This document shows, piece after piece, positions 54,607-64,000 of a DNA stretch of 64,000 bases. Origin of the DNA: Macrostomum lignano (lineage: Eukaryota); assembly GCA_002269645.1 (NCBI GenBank), contig NIVC01003405.1, positions 1 to 64,000 on the forward strand. Direction: 5' to 3'. The notes beneath the pieces were generated by a model that saw only the letters and a program-made list of their open reading frames with translations, was not told the origin of the DNA and searched no databases. The position numbers and the translations under genes were made by a program. How positions within the stretch are numbered: the stretch's first letter is position 1; each line of letters opens with the position of its first letter.

Positions 54607-56590
54607 TTAGAAGTGTGGACGGCGTCGGCGTCGGTCTTCTCTCATTTTTCTGAGCGCGTCCAGGCGCCACCGCCGGCCCTCACGTCCGAAGCGGGCGTAG
54701 GCGCCCAGCGTGACCGCTCGGGTCGGCAGGCCGCTGCCCAGTAGCCACACTTCTATGCGGTCCGACGACTGCAGACTCAATGCGTCAGCATCCGTTTCCA
54801 GAACCTGCGCAGGTTCAACGCGCATCTTTAGCTATATATGTAATCAGGTAGTTTTAGACTGGCTTATGTCACAAAATAAATAATGTAGTATCGTTAACCA
54901 TGTATATAATGCGCGGTCACAAACCCCGAACACCCTAGAAATTTCTAAATTTTCATTCCCCTTAAATTTTCGTTTGCAAGCCTTTGTAACTCGTACTAGT
55001 CGTAAATTTCAAAAAAGCAAATGTTCGTTTTTTTTTAGTTTTTTAAAGCTGCAACATTCTATATAGCTTTCTATACACACCCATTGAATTAGCATCTTAT
55101 CCTGATTGAGGCTGCACCCATTTTCTGCAGCTGCCTCTGCGTAGCGAGCAAGAGAAAAAAGGCTGGTTGCTCCTTCCTTATTGGCCTGCCATTGGAAGAG
55201 CTATAATTGAGGGAGCACCCCAACTGCCAGCCGGAAAACTGCCAGCCGACAACTGCCAGCCGGAAAACTGCCAGCCGACAATTGCCAGCCGACAACTGCC
55301 AGCCGACAACTGCCAGTCGACAACTGCCAGCCGACAACTGCCAGCCGACAATTGCCAGCCGAGAAAACTGCCAGCCGGAAAACTGCCAGTCGACAATTGC
55401 CAGTCGACAATTGCCAGTCGACAATTGCCAGCCGGAAAACTGCCAACCGACAACTGCCAGCCGAGAAATCTGCCAGCCAACAACTGCCAGCCGACAAGTT
55501 CTAGCTAATTGAATCTACTGTAGCCTACTTATTCGCTAAGTAAAAAGCACGAAACTGTTTGGCTAGCAAAAGGCTTGTGGGGTAGCCTTAAATGTCGCCC
55601 TTCCCTTCCCTAATTTTTTCAGATTTCCATTAGAAGTATATATGTGAAGGAGAAGGCATTCTGTAATGCCTATTGTAAATATTTCTGTATTGAAAGTTTA
55701 TTTACTTTATTATTTAATTTGCGATTGCTATATGACGCAATCCTAGATAAGTCTATTAAATTACTTTACTTAAATAAAGCTTTCAAAGAAAGAGCAAAGG
55801 CTACCTAAAATACGAAATTTGAATGCCTTCTCCTTCACATATATACATGTACTTCTAATGGAAATCTGAAAAAATTAGGGAAGGGAAGGGCGACATTTAA
55901 GGCTACCCCACAAGCCTTTTGCTAGCCAAACAGTTTCGTGCTTTTTACTTAGCTAATAAGTAGGCTACAGTAGATTCAATTAGCTAGAACTTGTCGGCTG
56001 GCAGTTGTTGGCTGGCAGATTTCTCGGCTGGCAATTGTCGACTGGCAGTTGTCGGCTGGCAATTTTCCGGTTGGCAGTTAGGGTGGACCCATAATTGAGA
56101 TATCAATGCTTATTGGTGAAGTTGCCGATGTGTCAAGGCTCATTGAGCTACATGTATAGGAAGTTGCTGAGACATCATGCAATATGCTAGGGGAATTGCT
56201 GAGATGTAAAGACTCATGAGGGGGTTGTTGAATTGCTGTGGCTCATGCGGGTTGCCAACTGCCGAGATGCCAAGGATCAATTTGGGAGTTGGCAAAGTCC
56301 AGGTTAATCTCTTTTTTTAAGCTTGAGCATATGGCGCATCGAATCTTGCCAATTGAACATGTACTTGCTAAATAATTACATGTACAAACTAAACTCGCAC
56401 ATTTACCTGCAAATCATTTTTTACAACTCTCCGAATCGGGCCTCTCATGTGCTCACTTAGTGATCTCATTAGCGCCGCTAGAGGCCCGCCCTTGGCTGCG
56501 CTGTAGCCGGGACGGTCAACCGTGAGCCAGTAATAGTACGGATGCGGGTCGTCGACCTTGCGGGCCAGTATAGACAGCCGACTGCCACTA
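54607..56590 (-). CDS. Protein with probable SUMO/ubiquitin-like (Rad60-SLD-type) domain and Arg-rich C-terminal tail; exons ~56407-56590 and 54607-54825, first exon uncertain
   Basis: CAG|GTAAAT donor and AAG|ATG acceptor join in phase 0. PLAALMRSLSEH...RVEP...DADALSLQSSDRIEVW resembles the SUMO-fold pattern (judged by eye). Confidence 0.6.
55211..56090. mobile_element. Foldback DNA element with long modular TIRs and 8-bp TSD ATAATTGA, intronic
   Basis: TSD 55203-55210 and 56091-56098; termini GGG(AG/TC)CACCC(C/T)AACTGCCA; AACTGCCAGCCGAC subrepeats; near-perfect ~160-bp inner arms ending 55661 / starting 55821. Confidence 0.9.
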
Positions 56591-57163
56591 GAAGCAGCAG
56601 ACGCAGCCGCAAAGATTAGGATACTCAAATAAGAACAGACTGTTGACCACCGCGCCAGTATGACGCTTCACTTTGATTTAACGGACTTAAACAGCTGCAG
56701 TTCTGCATGCGAACTGCTCTGTCATCTGCACTTATATACACATGTAGTAGCGCTGCTGCATTTTAGAGTTCATTTTGAGCACAAGCCGTGTGAGCCAATG
56801 ACCTCACTCATGCACCAAGATCTTCAATTTTCAGACTGATTAGGCCCAAGCTACACCTGGCTTATCAGAAAAGTTTAACAGTCAGTCATGAGAGCTTTAA
56901 AAAATTCTTTATATAATGGCCATTTACACAGCAACACATTCGCTAAGGTACTGGAATAGAGCATTTATTGTTATGAATATTGAAAATCAATAATTATAAA
57001 TCACTAATATTTGTAGATGCAGAATGCAAACAAAATGAACAGCTTTTATATACTACTGTAAGTAGCTTTAGTATATACAGTCTAGAAGCAAGATTTAATG
57101 GAAAATTTCCGATTTAAAAACAGATTACTCAACATATCGTCTGCTAATCAGTTACAGAATGGG

Positions 57164-57988
57164 CTAAGAAGCGGTGGCAGCGGAGGAGGCGGCCGGCTCG
57201 CCCTTCACCTCGGTGTTCAGCCTGGCCTGCTCCTTCTGGATGCTGGCATGCAGCCTGCCGAGCCGCTCCTGCGCATTCTGAATGATGTTGTTCACCAGCA
57301 TCACGCGCCGTTTCGCGTTGTTCAACTTCTTCACGTAGGCTTCCAGATCGACTGGCGCCGACTTCTCGTCAGTGATGGCGCACAGCAGCTCGGCGACGGA
57401 GTCGATCTGAGCTCGAAGCTCGATTTGGCTGAGCCGGACCTGTTTTGTTATGATTATCGTATTTAGTTGGAAAGTACATGTAAGACGCTGCAACCACATG
57501 AGTCGTGCCAGCCAGCCCCCAAGGCAGAGTGTACATGCCTGACGATTAGAAGTCAGTGCCGCTGTACACCCCGTGTGAGCGTGCAAAGCCGGCCTGAGAA
57601 TTTCGACGCAAGCTTTTCTATCTTTTTATGCACTAACCATGATCAACTTTGCTTAACTTGCGCTAGCTACACAAACTGACAAAATCAAAGAATTTGGATT
57701 CGATCTCAGGACTTCCGGTTCCTAACAAGAGTTTTTTCTAGTTGCTCAACTAACAAGAGGTGCAATGCACTGGAAAGCTGAGTAATACTCATTTTTCACT
57801 GTTCCTGTCTGGCACACCTGCGTTACTCTGTCGTCAATCTGACGAACTGTGGGCTCCAACAGGGACAGCAGGCCGTGAGTGAACTGCTGGCGGATCTCCA
57901 GCTCTGACAGGGTTTGAGCGTCGGCCGCGGACCCAGGTTCACCGCCGCCTTGGGCTCCACCGCTGCCGTTGCTGCCGCCGCTTGCCAT
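57164..57988 (-). CDS. SNAPIN: SNAPIN (BLOC-1 subunit 7), 148 aa; exons 57818-57988 and 57164-57439
   Basis: GLLSLLEPTVRQIDDRVTQ|VRLSQIELRAQID...DLEAYVKKLNNAKRRVMLVNNIIQNAQERLGRL closely matches Snapin; phase-0 intron. Confidence 0.95.
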
Positions 57989-58060
57989 GTATTCACATGC
58001 AGGACATGTTGGCATCGTGAACAGCTGACTCGCTCAGTCATCTGGGTGATGGGGAGGGGT

Positions 58061-58330
58061 AGCTGACTCACTAAGGGGGCAGCTAACACACTAAGGGGGC
58101 AGCTGACTCACTAAGGGGGGGGGCAGCTGACTCACTAAGGGGGGGGCAGCTGACTCACTAAGGGGGGCAGCTGACTCACTAAGAGGGGGGGAGGGGCAGC
58201 TGACTCACTAAGGGGGGAGGGGCAGCTGACTCACTAAGGGGGCAGCTGACTCACTCAGGGGGCGACTGACTCATTCAAGGGCAGTTCAATCATCTGGGTG
58301 TTGGGGGGGGGGGCAGCTGACTTACTCAAT
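58061..58330 (-). repeat. Tandem copies of a donor-like motif AGTGAGTCAGCTGCCCC(n) in the SNAPIN 5' UTR intron
   Basis: 8 perfect AGCTGACTCACT copies on plus (58061, 58101, 58125, 58148, 58169, 58198, 58224, 58244) downstream of GTAAGTCAGCTGCCCC at 58325. Confidence 0.9.
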
Positions 58331-58371
58331 CGTCTGATCAATATGCGTCAGAGAAAGTTCAATGGGAACTA
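58326..58371 (-). promoter_or_regulatory. Candidate unpaired (trans-)splice acceptor and 43-nt non-coding SNAPIN exon
   Basis: Minus strand GCTAATCTTTATTTAG| (TAG at 58369-58371), then GATTGA|GTAAGT; lies ~35 nt after AATAAA at 58404-58413. Confidence 0.5.
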
Positions 58372-58403
58372 AATAAAGATTAGCCAAAAAGCAAAAATTC
58401 GAA

Positions 58404-58413
58404 TTTATTTATT
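58404..58413 (-). terminator. Polyadenylation signal (two overlapping AATAAA) of the 58520-59017 gene
   Basis: TTTATTTATT on plus, ~110 nt after the stop. Confidence 0.6.
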
Positions 58414-58519
58414 TAAAAAATGCATCTGTACAATAAGCCAGTTTAATTAGCAACATCAACTCAAACAGTTCTATCATTACTGCATTACTAAAGAAACGAA
58501 CTACCAATACACGAAAACG

Positions 58520-59017
58520 TTAAGCGCCAGCATCCCGGCCTGCCCGGCCATCCTGTCCGTCAGCGGCCGGAGGCGCCATCAGGCGCATCTCGCGCAGCTT
58601 CTCAGCCTGCCTGTCGCGCAACATCTGCCGGGTCTGAGCGACCCGCCTGTCCAGCTCTGCCTGGCGCTCCGCCTCCCAGGCGCAGTGGGCGGCGTCCGCC
58701 TCGGCCAGGCTGCCCACCCCGTAGAAGCCCATCCGGCAGCGCCGCCTCAGCTGGTGGAAGATCAACCAGCTGGAGCCAATGAAGGCGGCCAGGCCGACAG
58801 GCGCCACCCAGGCGGCGATGGTCCGGCGCTGCCAGCCGGTGAGGTGCAGTCGGCGGCCCGGCCACTCCGGCTCGGTGACCCGCCTGTGCAGCCGCCTGCC
58901 GGCCAGCCACAGTGGCAGGCTCGAAGTCAGGCCGGCGACTGTTGCGGACACGACGAAGCAGCGTCTGTATGCAGTCAGGCGGGGATCAGATGACTGCAGC
59001 TGGTCAAGGTTTTGCAT
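58520..59017 (-). CDS. Small two-TM membrane protein (165 aa), possibly TMEM141-like
   Basis: ATG 59017, two hydrophobic segments; DPRLTAYRRC and SSWLIFHQLRRRC loosely recall TMEM141 (by eye only). Confidence 0.7.
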   Translation of the reverse strand: MQNLDQLQSSDPRLTAYRRCFVVSATVAGLTSSLPLWLAGRRLHRRVTEPEWPGRRLHLTGWQRRTIAAWVAPVGLAAFIGSSWLIFHQLRRRCRMGFYGVGSLAEADAAHCAWEAERQAELDRRVAQTRQMLRDRQAEKLREMRLMAPPAADGQDGRAGRDAGA

Positions 59018-59086
59018 TGCCGACCTGCTGGATGCTGCTGAGGGTGGCGAATTCGGTTGAAGATGCGAGACTCTGATTTGAATCAC

Positions 59087-60128
59087 GGGTCAGTGCCCAA
59101 TCTGATGGGTCAGTGCCCAATCTGAAGGGTCAGTGCCCAATCTGATGGGTCAGTGCACAATCTGATGGGTCAGTGCCCAATCTGATGGGTCAGTGCCCAA
59201 TCTGATGGGTCAGTGCCCAATCTGAAGGGTCAGTGCCCAATCTGATGGGTCAGTGCCCAATTTGAGGGGTCAGTGCCCAATCTGATGGGTCAGTGCCCAA
59301 TCTGATGGGTCAGTGCCCAATCTGATGGGTCAGTGCCCAATCTGAAGGGTCAGTGCCCAATCTGAAGGGTCAGTGTCCAATCTGAAGGGTCAGTGTCCAA
59401 TCTTATCTGAAGGGTCCGTGCACAATCTGAAGGGTCAGTGCCCAATCTGATGGGTCAGTGCACAATCTGATGGGTCAGTGCCCAATCTGATGGGTCAGTG
59501 CCCAATCTGATGGGTCAGTGCCCAATCTGAAGGGTCAGTGCCCAATCTGAAGGGTCAGTGCCCAATCTGATGGGTCAGTGCCCAATTTGAGGGGTCAGTG
59601 CCCAATCTGATGGGTCAGTGCCCAATCTGATGGGTCAGTGCCCAATCTGAAGGGTCAGTGCCCAATCTGATGGGTCAGTGCACAATCTGATGGGTCAGTG
59701 CCCAATCTGAAGGGTCAGTGTCCAATCTGAAGGGTCAGTGTCCAATCTTATCTGAAGGGTCCGTGCACAATCTGAAGGGTTAGTGCCCAATCTGAAGGGT
59801 CAGTGCACAATCTGATGGGTCAGTGCCCAATCTGATGGGTCAGTGCCCAATCTGAAGGGTCCGTGCACAATCTGATGGGTCAGTGCACAATCTGATGGGT
59901 CAGTGCCCAATCTGATGGGTCAGTGCCCAATCTGAAGGGTCAGTGCACAATCTGATGGGTCAGTGCCCAATGTGAAGGGTCAGTGCCCAATCTGAAGGGT
60001 CAGTGCCCAATCTGAAGGGTCAGTGCCCAATCTGAAGGGTCAGTGCCCAATCTGAAGGGTCAGTGTCCAATCTGAAGGGTCAGTGTCCAATCTTATCTGA
60101 AGGGTCAGTGCCCAATCTGATGGGTCAG
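59087..60128 (+). repeat. 20-bp minisatellite GGGTCAGTGCCCAATCTGA(T/A), ~50 copies, with ~345-bp higher-order periodicity
   Basis: Direct reading; the TCTTATCTGA variant recurs at ~59401, 59747 and 60091. Confidence 0.97.
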
Positions 60129-60573
60129 CATCCTATCCTTATAATTGAATAACTGTTTATCCCTACAATAGCAGTAAAAACTAGCAAACCAAAATGAAGC
60201 AAGATGTCGACTTAAAAAATTGTTATTAAAAAACTAAAGGATGGTTCTGTTGATGGCTTTAAGTTCCTGGTATAATTAATTTGTATTTGATAACAACCAG
60301 CATTTTTAGAGAGTGAAGAGCGCTGAGACTAGGGCAGGGGCAGTAGAAAAGCAAAGCGCTGCACAGGGGCCACTGCTACTGAGGTTAAAATATGTATCGA
60401 AGCACCCAAACTTCAACCCTTACAAAAATGTCGAAATCAAACGCAAAAAGACACTATGTGGAACGGGCTGTGAATGTCTAGCAATTAAACTAACATGTAA
60501 TATTACTGATGCTAATAATGCAAATGCTTTTAGAAATCAATTCAGTTGGCTGACAGATTTTCAATGCATAATT

Positions 60574-60579
60574 TTTATT
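60574..60579 (-). terminator. Probable NUP205 polyadenylation signal
   Basis: TTTATT on plus, ~95 nt after the stop. Confidence 0.55.
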
Positions 60580-60671
60580 TAAGCAGCCACCGGATGCAAA
60601 CAGATTGAATGGAATTGGTAACAGGTGTCAAATTTAAAGCAGTCAGTCTGATGACGTCACGGGTGCCCGGC

Positions 60672-63522
60672 CTAGCCGCTCAGCTTAACCATTCGCTGCA
60701 GACGGCGCAGCAGGTTCTCTGTGAAGCCCTGCTGGTCCTCGGGCTGGTCCAGCTCCTGCGGGCGGCGAAGATGAAAGGCCCAGCAACTGACATTCTGGCA
60801 GGCTGGCCCAGCAACTGAGGATCTGGGAGGCTGGCCCAGCAACTGAGGATCTGGGAGGCTGGCCCAGCAACTGAGGATCTGGGAGACTGGGAGACTGACC
60901 CAGCAACTGAGGATCTGGGAGACTGTGAGACTGACCCAGAAACTGAGGATCTGGGAGACTGGGAGACTGACCCAGCAACTGAGGATCTGGGAGACTGACC
61001 CAGCAACTGAGGATCTGGGAGACTGGGAGACTGACCCAGCAACTGAGGATCTGGGAGGCTGGCCCAGCAACTGAGGATCTGGGAGACTGGGAGACTGACC
61101 CAGCAACTGAGGATCTGGGAGACTGTGAGACTGACCCAGAAACTGAGGATCTGGGAGACTGGGAGACTGACCCAGCAACTGAGGATCTGGGAGACTGGGA
61201 GACTGACCCAGCAACTGAGGATCTGGGAGACTGGGAGACTGACCCAGCAACTGAGGATCTGGGAGGGCGGCAGTAAGAGACCCAACAAAGCAGTCCTCAC
61301 CTTCGGCGCGGCCAGCATAGCGGCAAACCAATCGTCGGTGAGGTTCGGCGCAGCGCCCAGCTCAGACTCGAATCGGCCGCCCAGCAGGTACTGCCGAACT
61401 CGGGTGTCGTCTTCCAGGCCAGCGATCGGCATGGCGGCGGCAGCAGCTGCCGCAGGCGAGGCTGCCGCGAGCTGCCGCTGCTCCGGACTGGCTGCGGTCA
61501 GTCGGCGAATGCGGGCCCAGCGCAGGTAGCAGTCCACGTGGGACCAGACAGCGAACGTCAGGTGCTCGAGCGAGGCGGCCAGCTGGCCGGCTGAGAGGCG
61601 CCAGTCGGTCAGGGCGGCCGACAGCGGGACGCGAAGATCGCCGCCCTGCAGCACGGAGGAGCCGCCCTGCTGTTGCTCCTGCTGAAGCTGCTGGTAGAGC
61701 AGCGGCAGCCAGTCTCTGGTGAGCAGTTCCCGCTGCTCTGGCCCGAGCTCGTTGAGACCGTCCAGTCTGCGGCAGGGGTTTCAGTTTCGTTTTTGAGCAC
61801 TTAGTCACACACCAGCAGACTCAGACAGGCACTCAGTCACACACTAGCAGACTCAGACAGGCACTCAGTCACACACCAGCAGACTCAGACAGGCACTCAG
61901 TCACACACCTGTGCGCCAGCGTCTTGGCCCCGACGGCGGCGGCACCGGCGCGAGTGAGGCAGGCGCGGGTCAGGCGCAGTAGGTGGCCGAGGCAGGGGCG
62001 TCCGCCAGCTGCCGGCTCGCTGGGTGACAGGTAGGGCGGCAGCAGAGCCGAGGACGCAACGCTCCCGTCGTGCTGCTGTTTCTGGTCCTGTTGCTGCTGC
62101 TGCTGCAGGTGCAAATCGCAGGCCAGCAGCCTGGCCAGCAAGCCGGTGAGAGCGGCCAGTGCGTCGGAACGCCGGAGAAGCAGCCGATGGTCGATTGGGC
62201 CAGACGGGGATGCAGCCGCCGCTGCTGACGATGAAGCGGCCGCTGCTGACGATGAAGCGGCCGCATCCGCCTGCTTCTGCGGCAGCTGCAGGGCAATGGG
62301 CGCCACATTGGCAAGCGCCTCGGACAGCCAGCGCTCCACCCGGCCTAGGAGAGGCGAGCGCTGGTGAGTCACCAGGGCGGAGCAGCACTGGCGGAGTAGG
62401 CCGGCAAATAGGCTGAGCTCCTCCCACTGCTCGGGGTCGTCTGGGCACCTGCAGTGCGGGTCGAGTTGGGGAGGATTCAGAGCGACTCATGTGATGTACA
62501 GGGTATTCTGCAGTGATGACAATAGGAGTGACGCTGTGAGTGACAATAGGACTGCCACTTCGAGGGACAATACGAGTGACACGGCGAGTGACAATAGGGA
62601 TGACATTGCGAGTGAAAATAAAAGATTTATCATTACCTAACAGCGAGCCCGCTGCACGCGCTGAAAGCGTCCCAGTGCCGGTCGACAAACAGCAGCGCCT
62701 GCTGGGCAGCCAGTTGATTCTTCCAGCCGAGCGACGCCATCAGGGCGCCCGCCGCGCGCAGCGCCGGCATGAGCAGCAGGCGGTAGCGAACCGCCGGCTC
62801 CGGCCCGACGCCCAGCCAGGCCGGATCGACGCCGAAGTCCATCGCCGAAGCTGCTGAGCCAGACGATGTCGACGTAGGGGGTGGCGGCGGAGGCCGACGT
62901 CCGAAAGCGGCGCAGTCGGCGAGCCGGGCGATGGCGCCGGCGTGAAGGAGCGCCGAGGCGCCGGCCTGGCTGGAGGCCAATCGGCAGAGCAGCGCCAGGC
63001 GCGAGGCGGCCAGGAACAGCGGCGCCAGGGTGGCGGCCTCCGAGTTGGCGGCATCGTCGCTACCGGACACAGCGGGGCTGACGGCGGCCTGCAGGGCCTC
63101 GGAGTCGGCGGCCAAAGCATCGACAAAGTGGTCCAGGTAGCCTCGGCTGGTCAAGTGGGTCTGCCAGTCGGCCGAGCCGGCCGGGTCCAGGCGCATCGCC
63201 GAGTCCAGCAGCGAGGTGGCCAGCAGCCGCGTCACCGGGTGCGCGTCGGCGGCGTCACGGCAGGTCAGTTCGGCGAGGTCGCGGCCGGCCGCGGCCGCTG
63301 CGACTGTCAACGCGGCGACGGCCGGCCGGCCAGAGCGGAGGAGGCCGGCGGCGGACAGCAGGAAGCAGGCGGAGGCGTAGAGATTGCCGCGGATGCTCTG
63401 CGCGGAGGACCGGTGCCGCAGAAGAGCGCGGGCAAGCGAGCGGAGCAGCTGGAGCAGCTGCTGCAGCTCCCGGGAGCCGCCGCTGGATTCCGAAGCCATC
63501 GAGGTCGAGGAGGCGACTCCGC
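60672..63522 (-). CDS. NUP205: Nucleoporin Nup205, 3' part (exons 62637-63522, 61909-62448, 61301-61766, 60672-60755; continues beyond the window)
   Basis: [56 protein letters not shown] and the C-terminal FTENLLRRL match Nup205; splice phases are consistent. Confidence 0.92.
60790..61265 (+). repeat. 27/36-bp intronic minisatellite CCCAGCAACTGAGGATCTGGGAGACTG(GGAGACTGA)
   Basis: Direct reading. Confidence 0.95.
61801..61908 (-). repeat. 32-bp tandem repeat beginning at the NUP205 splice donor GTGTGTGACT (4 donor copies)
   Basis: AGTCACACAC at 61803, 61835, 61867 and 61899 on plus. Confidence 0.92.
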
Positions 63523-63589
63523 CTGAGAAAATGAGTCATTTCGATACATATCGGCTCGTCGGCTTTGAATACGAACGGGAAGATGCAAA

Positions 63590-64000
63590 ATGGATCTCAC
63601 CTCTAACAGAAATTACAAAATCTCACCCCTAACAACAATCTGCAAAATCTAACCCTTAACAACAATATGCAAAATCTCACCCTTAACAACAATTTGCAAA
63701 ATCTCACCCCTACCAAAGCTAAAAAATCACACCCTTAACAACAACCTGCAAAATCTCACCCTTAACAACAATATGCAAAATCTCACCCTTAACAACAATA
63801 TGCAAAATCTCACCCTTAACAACAATCTGCAAAATCTCGCCTCTAACAACAATCCGTAAAATCTCACCCCTAACAAAGCTACAAAATCTCAACCCTAACA
63901 AAGCTACAAAATCTCACCCCTAACAAAGCTACAAAATCTCACCCCTAACAAAGCTACAAAATCTCACCCCTAACAAAGTTACACAATCTAAACCCTAACA
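63590..64000 (+). repeat. 25/27-bp intronic minisatellite AAAATCTCACCC(T/C)TAACAA..., truncated by the window edge
   Basis: Direct reading; the minus strand carries GG|GTGAGA in each unit. Confidence 0.93.

Noticed and set aside
63950-64000. Telomeric or subtelomeric repeat (CCCTAA)
   Set aside because: Only isolated CCCTAA within a 25-bp unit, and the sequence is a NUP205 intron.

Overview
Eukaryotic (animal) genomic DNA. GC-rich, CAG/GCC-rich exons, AT-rich intergenic DNA, about 45-55 nt minimal introns and extreme simple-repeat content are suggestive of a free-living flatworm such as Macrostomum (inference only). All recognisable genes are on the minus strand. From left to right: an uncharacterised multi-exon gene (~0.7-3.2 kb), a small signal-peptide single-pass membrane protein, a SAXO/FAM154 gene, a ~14-15-exon ABCA transporter (11.2-31.9 kb), and a ~22 kb AT-rich interval full of inverted-repeat elements that also holds a divergent PP1 inhibitor-2. 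It ends with a tight four-gene cluster: NUP205 3' end, TMEM141-like, SNAPIN and a SUMO-like-domain gene. Most large introns are filled with their own tandem array, and in three or four cases the repeated unit is the 5' splice site itself. The NUP205-SNAPIN cluster has an unpaired splice acceptor ~35 nt after the upstream gene's AATAAA, as expected for a trans-spliced polycistronic unit. Exon coordinates were derived by hand from GT/AG sites and phase consistency; no database searches were run.
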